NCBI GenBank assembly: GCA_032718475.1
Contig: JAUCBJ010003679.1
Location: 1-63,111 of the forward strand
Length of the DNA stretch: 63,111 nt
From: Nemertoderma westbladi
Lineage: Eukaryota > Animalia > Xenacoelomorpha
Direction of reading: 5' to 3'
Below the pieces are notes generated by a model. That model saw only the letters and a program-made list of their open reading frames with translations, had not been told where the DNA came from and did not search any database. Shown here in pieces: positions 1 to 12,640 of this stretch (positions are counted from its first letter, which is position 1; each line of letters begins with the position of its first letter). A program made the position numbers and the translations under genes.

Positions 1-1404
1 TGTTCCAAGTGGCAAGGAACAGATAACAGAGAGAACCCTGTCCGAAGTAGTGCAGATAACATTGACTCCTTCCCATCTCCTCTCCGCAAATTTCCGTCTA
101 CACGCGACTTGTCATATCTTCGTCTTCGGTATTTCGTAAGAATATAAAAACTTTAGGGATAAACTTATTGCAATATTCTTCTCTCGTTAAATTAATACAT
201 ATTAGTACAAATAAATTCAATTAACAAAATAATATATGTAATTCACAAGTAATAAACAATTTCTTTTGTTTTTAAAAGCTGGCCTCACCCGGTCACCTAA
301 CAACTCGTGTGGGCAATAAATTCAATAACTAATTCCGTTCTCTGTAAAACTAACAACACCCCAAAATCATGAAGGGTATACTACATATAGTGAGTGATAA
401 TTGCACAGCACATTGGGCGATATGTACTGACCATTGGTTGGGCCGTATAGAGAAGAGCCATTAACAAAGAAAGGCGCTATTAATAAGATAATATTGGAAT
501 CCAGGGTACAGTATATGTTTTTACCGAAGTTAAACCAATATTATTTATGCCCTTAGTAGCTCGATTACTACAGGGCCCTGGCAATAAAATGGGGCGAGCC
601 ACGTAATAAGGTAATAAATGAATAATGAATGGGGCGAGCCACGAAGTAAGTTAAGTGGACAATATATGAAGAAGCACAAATATGAATACTTCAATGAATT
701 TGCCCCCTGAATTTTCGGGCAGGGATTTTTACAACAACCAAGCGATATCTATTATACTACAAATGGTACGTTACAATCATAATGTGGATCGGTAACATAC
801 TGCTGTACTATATGACTCAGTATAAGCCTACTACTACCTGCTTGTACATACAGACATATAGGCTACTGATACTATATTTCTGACAGAAGGGTTTTACAAC
901 TATTTGCAATTTGGTGACCCTGATGGCTAGGCCTAGGAGTATTGATGGCAAGCGTTTAGCATTAGGAATATTGGTACACTGGTAATCCGATAAAAAAAAC
1001 CCTATATCTCAAAAGTATTGACTGCGGAGTGGTTCCTAAAAAGGTTAGCAGGCAGGAGAGCTCCAGTTCTTCCCTTAACGTCTGTCATTCTTTTTTTGTG
1101 TATTCTCTCTTCTTTTTGTGTACGTTTTTGTTTAAATTTTTTAAAATAGTTCAAAATTAATATATTAGCTAGTTTTTGTTATTTTAAAATTGTTGTTCTA
1201 GAACATGTTTGCTGGTATATAAAAATATTCAAGAATATTTTTCTGTAAACTTTTTAAGAGGTCTAAAACATAGTTGTAGAAATTTAGTATATAATAGCGA
1301 AAATGTTCGTGAATCATGAACAAAACATACAAATATAAGAAATGGCCAATATTATATTTATACATGTTGTTAAGTAATCCATTAATTTAACAATAAAACA
1401 ACAT

Positions 1405-1543
1405 ATTATATTGTGTATAATGTACCTTTAGCTCACTTCGGTCCCTTGTTTCAATATTTCAATCACTCGCTACGCTCGTTCGTGTAGATATTAACACTCA
1501 AGAGCGTCGAGAGATAAAGTGCTATATTATACACAATATAATA
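1405..1543. mobile_element. Small foldback MITE-like element
   Basis: Terminal inverted repeats TATTATATTGTGTATAAT ... ATTATACACAATATAATA around a core containing ACTCGCTACGCTCG. Confidence 0.55.
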
Positions 1544-1969
1544 AATAGTTATTATTTTACATTCCATTTTTATACTAGCTAATATGCGATAATTTGAGTA
1601 ATTTACCACGATATTAAATATGACTGGACATTTAACTATTTATTTTTAAATAGGCCTCGGGCTACAGTATTGTAATTGTTATTTTCTTGAGCAACAAGAT
1701 GTTGGGTACTGGTACAGTGCGTACACCCCCTACCAAATTTATATACAGTATATAGATTTATTGTCATATTAAATTATTTTAGTTCGAAAATAAATCGCAC
1801 AAATATTTAATGCATAATATGACCCAGTCACCATAATATTATTTTATTCTATAGTATGTTAATATTGGCCAAAAAGAAATTATATAAGTAATACAGTAGT
1901 AAAGTCGTAACACGATTAACATTAATTTAAAAATGATCTAGGATTTTGTGGATGAAGCAGCCTATCTTT

Positions 1970-3895
1970 TTAGTATCCTTCTTTATTAAATAAATCCCGT
2001 AAATCAGTATACGCAAGCCCAAAGTTTGACCGATCTTTTGCTGTTATTTTACACAAATATATAATATGTTGCTCGTCTTGGACAATTCCATTACATTCTG
2101 AACAAAATCGTTGGTTACGGGGTACAATTGGGTGTCGCCAGCGACCTCTCTCAACCATTAAATTATGTGAAGAAAGCCTGAACCGTGAAAAAGATATTCG
2201 CAAATGGTCAGGGACTGTACCTTGATATACTGGGTGAACTTGTAATAATGGGTTTATGCGAGTTTTGTAAATTTCATCTCTGGATTTGTTTGATTTCATG
2301 ATTATTTCGTTGATCTTCTCACGCACCGGCGGGGAATGAAAGAAATCGAGGGCTTCTGGGAAGTCATTTGTAAACAGTTTAGAAATTTGTTTATACGGGG
2401 TTTTCTCATCGAGATTAGCCAGTCTCTTCAAAAGGTTTTTTCGTCTCGATAATATTCTGTAGGTAATTGGTTCCAATCCAATTTCGGCTAGGCATATGTG
2501 AATCAGAATTGTTCCCCTCACTCCAAGGAGACACCGTATGGCCCTGTTGAATTCGGTTTCCAAGCTTGAGAAGTTGTTAGTTAATACAGTATCAGTACTA
2601 TAAAGAAGGCTGCTTTCCACACACGCTTGTAATACCTGTAATTTTATTTTGAAGGGCATGTTGTAGTTACGATTCAAAAATTTTATAAATTTATTTACTT
2701 GGTCAGATCGAGCTTGAGAAAAAATATTCAAGACTGATCTCATATTACCATCGGTGGTTATTGGCGAACCAAGGTACCAGTAATGGTCATAGTGAGAAAT
2801 TTCGATATTATTCCACCTGATTGGGTAGCGGTCATAGTTAACACCATTGATAACCATAAATTTTGTTTTGGTCTGGTTAACGCTCATTCCATACTCAGAA
2901 CAGTACGTCTTTAGTATTTCTAGTTTCGCTTGACATGCTGATAAACTCGTCGCTACAATAGCTGTATCGTCCATAAATAACAGACTGTTGATTAAACCAA
3001 GGAAACCATCGGGCCCGAATTCGCACAGTTTCTTTACCAGTAAATTTATATAAAACACAAATAATAACCCGGAAGATGGGGCACCTCGTTTGACACCAAT
3101 ATAGACGAGGATAATCGCAGTCTTTAGTATCATTGCTGTAGATTTGTATGATAAAATCAGAACTCGAAGGAATTTTTTCCCACAACCAGCCTTGGCCAAT
3201 TCTTCGAATAGTTTACGTCTGGATACTTTATCGTACGCTTTGGAAAAGTCTATATACAAGATCCAAAGCTTGGTTCTTTTTCTTTTAGCGAAATCGATAA
3301 ATAGACAGAGGCCTAGAATTTGTTCCTCACACGAACGACCTTTCTGTGCACCTGCCTGCTCTGTTAAAGGTTGAAACCAAAGCTGAAATCGAGCTGCTAG
3401 AACCGAATCCAACAGATTTCCAAGATAGCTACTAATTGCAATACCCCTATAGTTCCCGCAAATTCGAGGGTCTCCTTTCTTAAATAACACCACCAAACGG
3501 GTTACGCACCACATAGTTGGGTATATACAATAATTTAAAATTGTATTAAAAATAGCTAATATGAAGATTAGCCAGGTCATTGGTATAGATTTTAGGATTC
3601 CTGGTGGGATACCATCGCAACTGCTGGCCTTGTTGGGTTTTACTTTCTTTACTGCGTCGTCCAACTCATGGATATTTATATCGTCGTCAAGGATAGGGAT
3701 GGTTGGGCAGGTATCTGCAATCTCAAGATCTATCAGCGTATCTCCTGGGTCATCCACGTTGCCGAGTAGTGATTTGAAGTGGTTGTTAAATTCGCTTACA
3801 GTCGGTTGGTCTGCTTGGGTTTCGCATGTGCCGCGCCAATTTATCCCTCGCCTTATGCGGATCTTGAATCCTGATTTTTCAATAAGTTTTCCCAC
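1970..3895 (-). CDS. LINE ORF2 reverse transcriptase plus C-terminal CCHC domain (641-aa open segment)
   Basis: RT motifs NYRGIAI, DFSKAYDKV, GVKRGAPSS, FMDD, YWYLG. Separated from the endonuclease part by a frameshift near 3860-3895. Confidence 0.88.
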   Translation of the reverse strand: MGKLIEKSGFKIRIRRGINWRGTCETQADQPTVSEFNNHFKSLLGNVDDPGDTLIDLEIADTCPTIPILDDDINIHELDDAVKKVKPNKASSCDGIPPGILKSIPMTWLIFILAIFNTILNYCIYPTMWCVTRLVVLFKKGDPRICGNYRGIAISSYLGNLLDSVLAARFQLWFQPLTEQAGAQKGRSCEEQILGLCLFIDFAKRKRTKLWILYIDFSKAYDKVSRRKLFEELAKAGCGKKFLRVLILSYKSTAMILKTAIILVYIGVKRGAPSSGLLFVFYINLLVKKLCEFGPDGFLGLINSLLFMDDTAIVATSLSACQAKLEILKTYCSEYGMSVNQTKTKFMVINGVNYDRYPIRWNNIEISHYDHYWYLGSPITTDGNMRSVLNIFSQARSDQVNKFIKFLNRNYNMPFKIKLQVLQACVESSLLYSTDTVLTNNFSSLETEFNRAIRCLLGVRGTILIHICLAEIGLEPITYRILSRRKNLLKRLANLDEKTPYKQISKLFTNDFPEALDFFHSPPVREKINEIIMKSNKSRDEIYKTRINPLLQVHPVYQGTVPDHLRISFSRFRLSSHNLMVERGRWRHPIVPRNQRFCSECNGIVQDEQHIIYLCKITAKDRSNFGLAYTDLRDLFNKEGY

Positions 3896-4960
3896 CGGGT
3901 GTAATCTTCAGGTGAGTTGGTCTCTGAGTCAGGATTCCTTTTAGCTCGCTCTAATGAAGAATCCGCGGCTGCGTACAAGGAATCATTAATTATCTGAGCT
4001 GCGGTGTCAATAAACTCACCATTCAAATAGTTTGTTTCACTAAAAATCTCCATTGGGGGTGTTGTCCTGTTTAGATAACTGGTTGTTTTATGCATATTTG
4101 TGTTCATCATATTTATTTTCCTTCTGGTATTGTTCTGGAATGAGTGGTCTCCCAGCAAAGAAGATTGTTCTAATAAGACACTCGCTGGCTGAATCGTTAA
4201 TCCGTGTAAATCCATACTTAAGAATATTGGAGCATGGTCAGAAGGAAATTGGGTATTTTTGATGGAAAACAGTTCGTTGATGTTATTGCCGATAATTATA
4301 TCTTGGTGGCAAATGGCAAGATCTATCTCAGATATCCATATATTTCGACGTTTGAAGGTTAACCCAGTTCTAAAGTATTTATCATTTATACAAAGATTAT
4401 TTAAAATTAATAAATCGTTCGGAGCTAATAAGTTTATTAATAACCGACCAGATGAGTTTTGAGGACTCTTGTCATCACTGCTTTCATATCTGGCGCTGGT
4501 GGGAAACGGTAGTTTTTCAAGATCTTCGAACTTTCCAATGTGTGAATTGAAATCACCTACGATAATCTGTTTCAAGTGGCTGAATGACTCGCTTATTCAT
4601 GTCTGAAGAGTTGGAAATAAGGTATCATCGTAATTGCAGGTGTTTGCATTCGGTTGTATATATACCCCACCAATGACTACAGATGGGAGGAAAGTAAATT
4701 GCAACCAAATAAACGCATCTTTATCAAAATCAACACGTGAAATTAAAGGTGACAAATAGCTACGTACGAACAACCCGATTCCTCCGTACCTTGATTTACA
4801 TAACAGATTCCAATAAAATACGAATCCTGGCATGTACAAACTACTAACAGTCTTTAATTCTTGGATGAATATTAAATCTGATTCGCTAAAAATTTTCTGA
4901 TTTCCGGTTAAGTCTAGTTTATCGCGTGTTCCTCCAATGTTCCATGAAGCAATTTTTAGA
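3853..4960 (-). pseudogene. LINE ORF2 apurinic-type endonuclease domain, broken by stops/frameshifts
   Basis: ORF pieces 4597-4839 and 3853-4575 carry EEP motifs (GGVYI, VGDFN, SDH). Confidence 0.8.
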
Positions 4961-5064
4961 GTTTGATCGCTATTACATAGAGTCTCTTTTTATGATAACG
5001 AAATGCTTAGGCAGACAGCGGTTTCATGATTAAAATTAAGTTTTACGACCACGAAACTGGTCAA

Positions 5065-5993
5065 CTACAATACCGTTACCGTGAGTTTCTTTGAAATTAT
5101 CTCAACTGTTTTGCCTTGGTTCTCAGCTTTGCTTTCTTCCGTTCTCTTGGCTTCATGGAGTCGAGCCCACTCCTTCCTTATGGCTGGGTGTGTGTCGGGT
5201 TTCATATATATATTGATTGTTTCCTGGTTGTTTGCCAATAATTTCCGTTTGTCCAAAACTTCTCGTCGTCTTCTTGTAGATACGAAGCTGACCAAAATAG
5301 ATCGGTATATAACCTTTCCATTTCTATTCATTATAGGACGGTCTGGTACAGCCGGCACAGCATTCTTAAAAATGCAGCTGCAATGCAGCATGCCAATCCT
5401 AGTAGTAGTAGTAGTACGGTCTGGTATTTTCCCAAGTCTGTGAACATCTGATACTGCGCTCATTGTCTCGTTATTGCACCCTAGACTGCGGAGTAGAGCG
5501 TCAACCTTACAATTATCATCAGTGGTGGCCATAAAATCTTCGCGTTCAGGGATTCCGTGGATTACTATTTGTTTAGCGCGCCGCTCGTTATCTATCGTAT
5601 CAAAAAAGCGTTGGTGATTTTGACTGTTTGCCTAAGAATTTCGTTATCTTTTCGTAGACCCGATACTTCGGCGTGTAGTTTTTCGTTTTCTTTCTGTAAT
5701 AGTTCGATCTTTAATGTGTGGCTTTTGACTTCATCCAAGTCCATTTTCATTCCGCGAATCTCTGTCATTAGAGCCATAAACTGTCCTTTCGAGTCGGCTG
5801 GCACATCGTCTTCCTCGCAGACAGATGAAACTCGCCGGTTATTCTATGCTCCCGATGTTTGGGAGTTTGGATTCATCGACGCAAGTACCAATCGGTTGGT
5901 TAACGTTTCCTTGTTGCCGGTTGTAGGGAGACCATGTGCAGAAAGTTCGTTAATAATGTCCTGTTTATGAGTAGTAGATTCGCTTGACGACAT
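5065..5993 (-). pseudogene. LINE ORF1 (SAP-like N-terminus, coiled coil, RRM-like region), disrupted
   Basis: ATG at 5993 gives MSSSESTTHKQDIINELSAHGLPTTGNKETLTNRL. Heptad-rich segment at 5804-5592, then IVIHGIPE, HRLGK and IYMKPDTHP, typical of LINE ORF1. Confidence 0.7.
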
Positions 5994-6152
5994 CTTCTTG
6001 ATTTTTCCCAACTTCAGAAATTTTCAATACACTGTAGGCCAATACAGTAATACCGGTACTTTAATAACTTTAATCACTAACTTTAATTACTAACTTTAAT
6101 CAACAAGCTAGTTTTTGATAATTTATTTTTTTTAATGTACCAGTACATGTTA

Positions 6153-6322
6153 GGCTGCGTTCACACTACAAAAAAAATTACAGGAAATTTATTTTTTTCT
6201 AGAACGCCTTTATGTATTATATTAGGCCTATATAATGTGTTATTATTTATTATTGCTAGCTTATTATAGCTATATTTATTTGCTTTTGACTTTGACTTTG
6301 ACTCGGTAGCGTGAACGCGGCC
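6153..6322. mobile_element. PIF/Harbinger (Tourist-like) MITE
   Basis: TTA|GGCTGCGTTCACACTAC ... GTAGCGTGAACGCGGCC|TTA: about 17-bp TIR with 3-bp TTA TSD. Confidence 0.75.
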
Positions 6323-6898
6323 TTATATATTTTATTTAAAAAAAATTAATGTTCTAGAACAAATATTTTTTGTTCTAAAACATTTTTTTAGACAAAAGCC
6401 TGGTTTGTATTTAAAAAGCATGGTATGGTTATAAAACGTGTATAAAATAAATAAAATAATTGTATACTGTTTGCATACTTTACCAGTACCAAGTTCATGT
6501 GTGTGTGGATTGAGTAGTCAAGCATCAAGTTTCTGTGTGTGAGGGGGTCCAGCAACAAGTTTCCTAAACAATTTATAGAAACAAGTTGTAGAAACAAGTT
6601 GCTCCGTGTGAGGGGGGCCTTTACCTTGGCTCCAATTTAGGTTAGTCACCATCGAAACTTGTTATTAAAAACAAGTAACCCCAATTAAAGTATACTGTAT
6701 TACAGTAGCTACCGTTGATCATTTCTTCCAATTAATAGTAACAATAATTTTAAAAAAATACCAGATATAGAATTTTTATAAAATATTCCAAACAGGAAAT
6801 AATTGTTCTGAAACGTTTTTTATGCATTACGTAATTTTAACATACTGTGTGTCATTTTAAAGAAATTACGAATATTGCACTACTGTAGAAGGCAGGCC

Positions 6899-7681
6899 AG
6901 CATTAGTTCACCTTGAATGGAGTTAACCATTTTCATCGAACTTTTTTATGGTGTTAAATGTGTTGTTATGCAATTATTTCATGTGTGATTGTTCCCTAAA
7001 GGACTAAAGTACGTTTTTAAATAAAATTTTTTGTTCTAGAACACTTGGCGATTAATAGCTAATTTCAAGCTAAAAAGGTACAGTATTATAATTTAATAGC
7101 TACCATTAATAGAATTGTAGGCCTACTGTATATTGAATCGTAATGTAATCGTACATTTCTTTAATATCTTATAAAAGGTACTAGCTAACACAAAATCAAA
7201 ATTACTGCCTACCATCATACTGGCAGAAGGTCAAATATTTGTTCTAGAACAAAAAACCTCTTGATAATTTCCATTTTCACAAGAAAAATGTTTAAAAATT
7301 TTTCAAATTTATTTTTTTCCACTAGCTAAAAAACGTACTAGCTACAGTAACACCAAATCAAAATTACTAGCTACCATCCCACTTACAATGTGCGTAGTAC
7401 TGTAGTAGGCCTACAGTAAACATTTTGGTCACAATGTTGTAAATATACTAAAATTATTATTAACTAACATTAGAAACACTGAAAAATATTCAATTTTTAG
7501 CTGATTTGTCTCAAAATTCTAGAACATAAAAACCATAGCTATTTAAAAAAAAAACTAAAAAAAGGAAAAGTTTGTCTTCCATGTTTTGTAAATATAACAA
7601 GATTATAGTGAAAAAAATATTTTTAACGCTATTTAAAAAGTTCGTTGAAAATGGTGACCCAAGGTGAACTACAGTAATGCC
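6899..7681. mobile_element. Non-autonomous TIR element with 8-bp TSD (Merlin-like)
   Basis: TSD GGCAGGCC at 6891-6898 and 7682-7689. TIR (A/G)GCATTAGTTCACCTTG ... CAAGGTGAACTA[CAGTA]ATGCC. Internal GTTCTAGAAC and TAGCTA repeats. Confidence 0.7.
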
Positions 7682-7779
7682 GGCAGGCCTACACTAAAGG
7701 CTGCACTTTTTTAGTAACTATGTGTTAGATTACGTACTATATGTAGTAGATATGTGTTAGATTACGTACTGTAGTAGAT

Positions 7780-8265
7780 ATGGCTGCTAAATTTAAAGAT
7801 GATGCAGACGATTTGCTTGCTCAAAGTGGGGATTATCAAGCAACATTAGAAAAAGCAGGTAATATTGACAGCAAAAAATATTCAATATTTTCTAAAACTG
7901 AATTTGAAGAATGGCTTCGGGAATTGGATGATATCAGTTCTCAATCGAAAGGATCAGATTCTAGTAACTCAGATGGAGAACCAACAAATTGTAACAATGA
8001 ACCTCCAGTTAAGATTGGGAATTACCCTGGAATGGTAGTGGATGTCGACACTGAAGAAAAACCCATAGATCCAGAACATCAACATTACATTATAAATACA
8101 TTGAGTAACTGGCAGTTCTCCTTAAAACGACTCTATAAAAACATAGACACGGAACTAGGTGTTAAAAAGCCATGTGCGTACATGCACATCATGCACACCA
8201 TAACCCGCAAAATATATTTTTTAGGATTTCATTTCATTTTCAACATTTTCATTAAAAAAAAATAA
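7780..8265 (+). CDS. Orphan ORF-A, copy 1 (about 160 aa; C-terminus probably frameshifted)
   Basis: Clear paralog of 32213-32686 (LAQSGDY, EFEEW, EPTNCNNEPPVKIGNYPGMVVDVDTEEKPIDPEHQHYI). A 1-nt difference near 8180 shifts the His-rich tail. Confidence 0.55.
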   Translation: MAAKFKDDADDLLAQSGDYQATLEKAGNIDSKKYSIFSKTEFEEWLRELDDISSQSKGSDSSNSDGEPTNCNNEPPVKIGNYPGMVVDVDTEEKPIDPEHQHYIINTLSNWQFSLKRLYKNIDTELGVKKPCAYMHIMHTITRKIYFLGFHFIFNIFIKKK

Positions 8266-8448
8266 AAATTTCAGCATGAAAAATAAATCTAGGTTTTTAA
8301 AACATAACTGTTTCCAAGATCAGAAGATACAGAAGAATTAAAAAAAATTAAAAATTTGTTAATATTTATAATCCATACATATGGAACAACTGAGAGTTTA
8401 GAATGTTAAATTTTACATCCAATGTAAGTAAAAAATCAGTAATGGGAT

Positions 8449-9530
8449 TTAAGTGCCGCCATATATGTTAAGGTTCGTTAAATTACTTTCGGGATCAAGG
8501 TGGGAAAATGTTTGATTTAAGATATTAGTGTCAGGTAAGATAATTTTGGTTGGAAAAATATCGGCGTCATTTGTATAAACTGAATAAAAAGGAAAAATTT
8601 CGGAGTAACAATAAATGCAATAAATATCAGCTCTAGTTCGCTCAGCATCGACAAGTTCATAAGGGCGTAGGTACAAACCCCAAGGTAGGTGGTATTTATG
8701 AGAACAAAGGTTGCAAGTAAAAGTATTATCGATCAGCTTGAAACTAGAAAAGAAAAGCTGCATGCGTTATGAGTATGGGACATTAGGGTGGGGGGGGGGG
8801 GGCAGGTTGACAAAGAACAGTACAATGTGAGACCTTACTATTTACAGGCACAGATTAGCCATAAAGGTAACAACCCTTCACCATGTTTTAGTAATCAAAG
8901 TTAGAGCCGTACCAGAATCGGTGGCTGAATACAAAAGGATGATGAATCATATTACAGCACAGTATATAAGTCAAATCATCTTACACGGCATTGGGTTGTA
9001 TATAAATCAAATTAAAGTCTCAAAATACAAACAAGGTGTTATTTAGAATGTCGTTAAACGACTTCAACATCAGATTGGCTGTCATCGAGTAGATCATCGT
9101 TAGTTAGACTGTTGGCGTCCCGTAACTGTCGGATGGCGACTTGTTACGAGATCCACCACTGGAAGATCCACCACGCGAGAGGGAACGTACCGGTTCGGTT
9201 CAGCAACCTGTCCAGAGCGGGGTCGAGCGTTCCGGGATTGGCCACCTTTTCTTTGTTAAGGCTCTGCCCGAATTCGCAGTTCGATCAACGTTAGTAGCTC
9301 ATTTATGTCTTCGTGATTCCGGATAAGTAAAGGGACTTCTGTGGATTTAATAATTAAACTTAATAATAATATAATAATAATAATTTAAATTCTGCGAATA
9401 TAAGTTTTTGTTTTTTTATTTTGACTACATCCCGTAGGAGCGTAACGTGATTCGGTATCAGGTGCTCTGCGAAATACAGGCCTTCTGGTATTTTTTCGCG
9501 GTTTTGTTTAGAGAATAGCTTGAAGCGTTG
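8449..9530 (-). mobile_element. Degenerate CR1-like LINE 5' remnant (ORF1 tail plus PHD-like Cys cluster)
   Basis: CNLCSHKYH...YCIYCYSEIFPF resembles the PHD-like segment that precedes CR1 endonucleases. LYFAEHLIP...LL resembles a CR1 ORF1 C-terminus. Confidence 0.45.
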
Positions 9531-9579
9531 CGAGTGGCCCATAGATCAAATTATTATCGGGTGGGTCTGTCTTCTTTCC

Positions 9580-11900
9580 GCCGTCCGAGTCAGTAAAATT
9601 GATCTGGTACGTGCTTATCACCAGATACCTGTTGGTTTGTGCAAGAAGACATACCAAAACCTGCCATATTTGAATTCATCCGCACTCCATATGGCCTCCG
9701 CAATGCAGGTCAAATATTTCAACGATTTATACATAGAGTTTGTGGCAAATATAGATTCCATATTCATTTATAAGGTTATATACTTTTAGTTAATTGCAAC
9801 CATCTAGAACAAAAGCATCACCTTCGAATTCTATTTCAAAGACTAGCAGAGAGTATGGATTGGTAATATAATAAAGATAAATCTGATTTGGGTAAGTCAC
9901 ATTTAACATTCCTAGGCCATAATATTAGTAAAGATGGAATAACACCGTTAGCAGAGTGAGTTCAAGCAGTGCAAGACTACCCAACACCGGCGACAACGAA
10001 GGAATTACAGAAGTTTTTGGGGATGGTAAATTATTACCACAGTTTTATCCCCAATGCATCTGGAGGGTTGAATCCATTGTATATAGCTTTAAAGCATAAT
10101 TCAAAAAATTTCACCTGGTACCCATCATATAACGAAACATTTATGAATGTGAAAACAGCTTTAGCAAAGGCAGCCATGCTCTACCACCAACAAGCTAATG
10201 CTGATACTGCAATTACGACCGATGCCTCTGACATTGGTGTTGGAGCTGTTGGAACAATAAATAGATAAAGAATGGCGCCCGGTCGCATTATTTTCAAAGA
10301 AATTCCATCCTGCCGAAACACGTTACAGCGCATTTGACAAGGAATTACTTGCAATAGTGCTCAGCATTAAACATTTAGGTACTTTGTCGAAGGCCAAAGG
10401 TTTAGCATTTATACGGACAAAACCCCTAACATTTGCATTAAAATCAGGCCATGAACCATTACTGCCACGACAATCACACCAATTATTGTCCTTCATATCA
10501 GAATTTTCTTGCAATATATTCCACATCTCAGGGAAAGACAATTCAGTCGCAGACTCATTATCCCGAGCTCCACTATCAACCAATACAATACAGTCATCAA
10601 CTATCGATTAAACTCTATTGTCTGAGTCTCAAGAAATTGATACCAACTGCTACAACAAATTTAGTTCTATGGGATGCCCCTATAGAAAATTCCAAACATA
10701 CAGTGACATATCGACTTGAGTTGCTAGAACATTAGTGCATCAAAGTTGGCAACGATCAATTTTTGAAACACTACTGTACAGCCTTAGTCATCCTGGTGTT
10801 AAGTCAACAAGCAAATTAATAACATCGCGTTTTGAATGGTATAAAATCAACCGTGATTTTACTGCATGGATGCAAACTTGCCTACAATTTAAAAAAAACA
10901 AAGATCCATCGACATACAAACTCAGTAATTTATCGCTTCAACACTCCAGATCAACGATTTTCTGATATTCACATCGACATAGTGGGTCCATTGCTATATT
11001 CACAAGGATGCACATATTTATTTACCTGTAGACAGATACATCAGATGGGCAAAAAACCTGTTCCAAAAAAACTCTTTAGATAAAGCTTGCGCCAGGGCTT
11101 TGCTGTCCCAGTGGATCTCTCGATTCTGAGTACCAAATACAATACAATCAGACCGAGGGGGGTCAGTTCGAATCAGATCTTTGGTTTAATCTCAATAAAC
11201 TCCTAGGAACAACAATAAAAAGAACCACGGCCTACCTCCCACAGTCAAATGATATCGTAGAACGATATCATTGACAACTCAAAACTTCATTAAAAGCTCG
11301 CTTGCACAACAACAATTGGTATGACGAGTTACCAATCATAATGTTGGGGTTACGCGATATTTCTAACGAGGACCTTGGTTGTATGGCTACCAAGAGAATA
11401 TTTCACCGCTTCACAAACTCCTAAAGGCGCAGAAATCTATAAATTATTGCGTACCCTGCAACATTGCATATGCAATGCCCACGTCCACCTTTCACCATAC
11501 AAACTGTTATAATTCCATGTTATTCATACCAATTGAATTGCGGACATCTAACATCGTTTTCATCCATAGGATGCTTAAAGTTCAACACTGCAATGTCCTT
11601 ATGAAGGACCCTTCAAAGTAATCTTGTAAATCGAATAAATGGAAAAAGGGGACACGGTCAGCATTGATAGACTAAAACCAGCGCGATGTTTTCATGAACC
11701 AACGAATAAGATCGTGTTACGGCCAACCAATAAAAACTTCGGTGCGATAATTAATTAATAACTAACTGCTATCTAATAATTATAATTTTATATTGTTATA
11801 GTGTCTTGTTGACACTGGTGGAGGGCTTATGTAGGATCATCCATTCAATTAACCAAACAAATTGATACAGTAGACTAATATTGCATGATGTACTTATATT
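9580..11900 (+). mobile_element. Degenerate Ty3/Gypsy pol (RT-RNaseH-integrase) with PPT and start of 3' LTR
   Basis: SKIDLVRAYHQIP, FLGMVNYY, TTDASDIGVGA, HISGKDNSVADSLSR, SHPGVK, HIDIVGPL, VSIDRLKP across many frameshifts. Purine tract GGTGGAGGG followed by TGTAGG at about 11830. Confidence 0.88.
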
Positions 11901-12149
11901 ACATGAATGACATTCAAACTTCCTTGTCTTTCATTCGCTTTCTGAATTTCTTTGAATGTCTTACCATCTATCATATTGACATCAGATTTGCCAGCATTCC
12001 TATTGAGTAAACATCGATCTCAATGATATTTTCTCTAATATTTTTTGAAATCTTGAATATATATACATCATCATCACTGTCTGGGTCTATTTATAGTTGT
12101 TTAATTTTAGGTTGCATTTCACCATCCACATCATCATCAGATGATACAC

Positions 12150-12640
12150 TCTCAATAATTGCCCTCATTCCAGACCTAGAAGTTGTTGTTCGACACATAT
12201 TTGCAAAGTGGTTGACTTATGGCAATAATTTCATTTTCTTATAGTGCAGGAAATACTTTACCTCCATGGAAATTACTTGAATATCCACATCCATAACATT
12301 GTTTATTTATCTTATTGTATTCTTGCGTTTTATAATATTTATCTTTAGTTGACTTAGAGATATTTTACTTGCTGGAATTTGTATTTGGAAATTTTGTTAT
12401 CTTCAGTTGGTCTGCCAGAGACTTCAATTTCTGTAACGTGAGCATTTGCTGCTTCCACAGCATAAGTTATTTTTAAAATAGACTCTAAGGTAAGTTTTTG
12501 CCTAAGTCTTTCTCAACTTTTGTCAATTAATCTGATCTATAATATCCCTTTCCAGCGAATATTCTTCAAATTTGAAATGCAAAGCGGCTGTTCGAAGTCG
12601 AGCTACAAAATTCAGCAATGTATCATCTTCTTCTTACGGT
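12150..12640 (-). mobile_element. Degenerate LTR-retrotransposon gag remnant
   Basis: Minus strand gives EEDDTLLNFVARLR..., RLRQKLTLE and the zinc-knuckle end NHFANMCR. Confidence 0.5.

Larger units (their letters stand above)
1800..6000 (-). mobile_element. Near full-length non-LTR retrotransposon (APE+RT LINE, Proto2/RTE-X-like), disrupted
   Basis: ORF1 remnants at 5993-5065. APE endonuclease fragments at 4960-3853 (IASWNIGG, GGIGLFV, VGDFNSH, IDLAI, SDHAPI). RT at 3895-1970 (QAGAQKGRSC, IDFSKAYD, LFMDD) with C-terminal RLSSH...C-x2-C...DEQH-x4-C zinc motif. Stops and frameshifts lie between segments. Ends approximate. Confidence 0.9.

Noticed and set aside
1-141. Possible + strand exon end with donor GTAAGA at about 136
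   Set aside because: Two frames are open, no recognisable motif, and no downstream exon found; cannot be supported.
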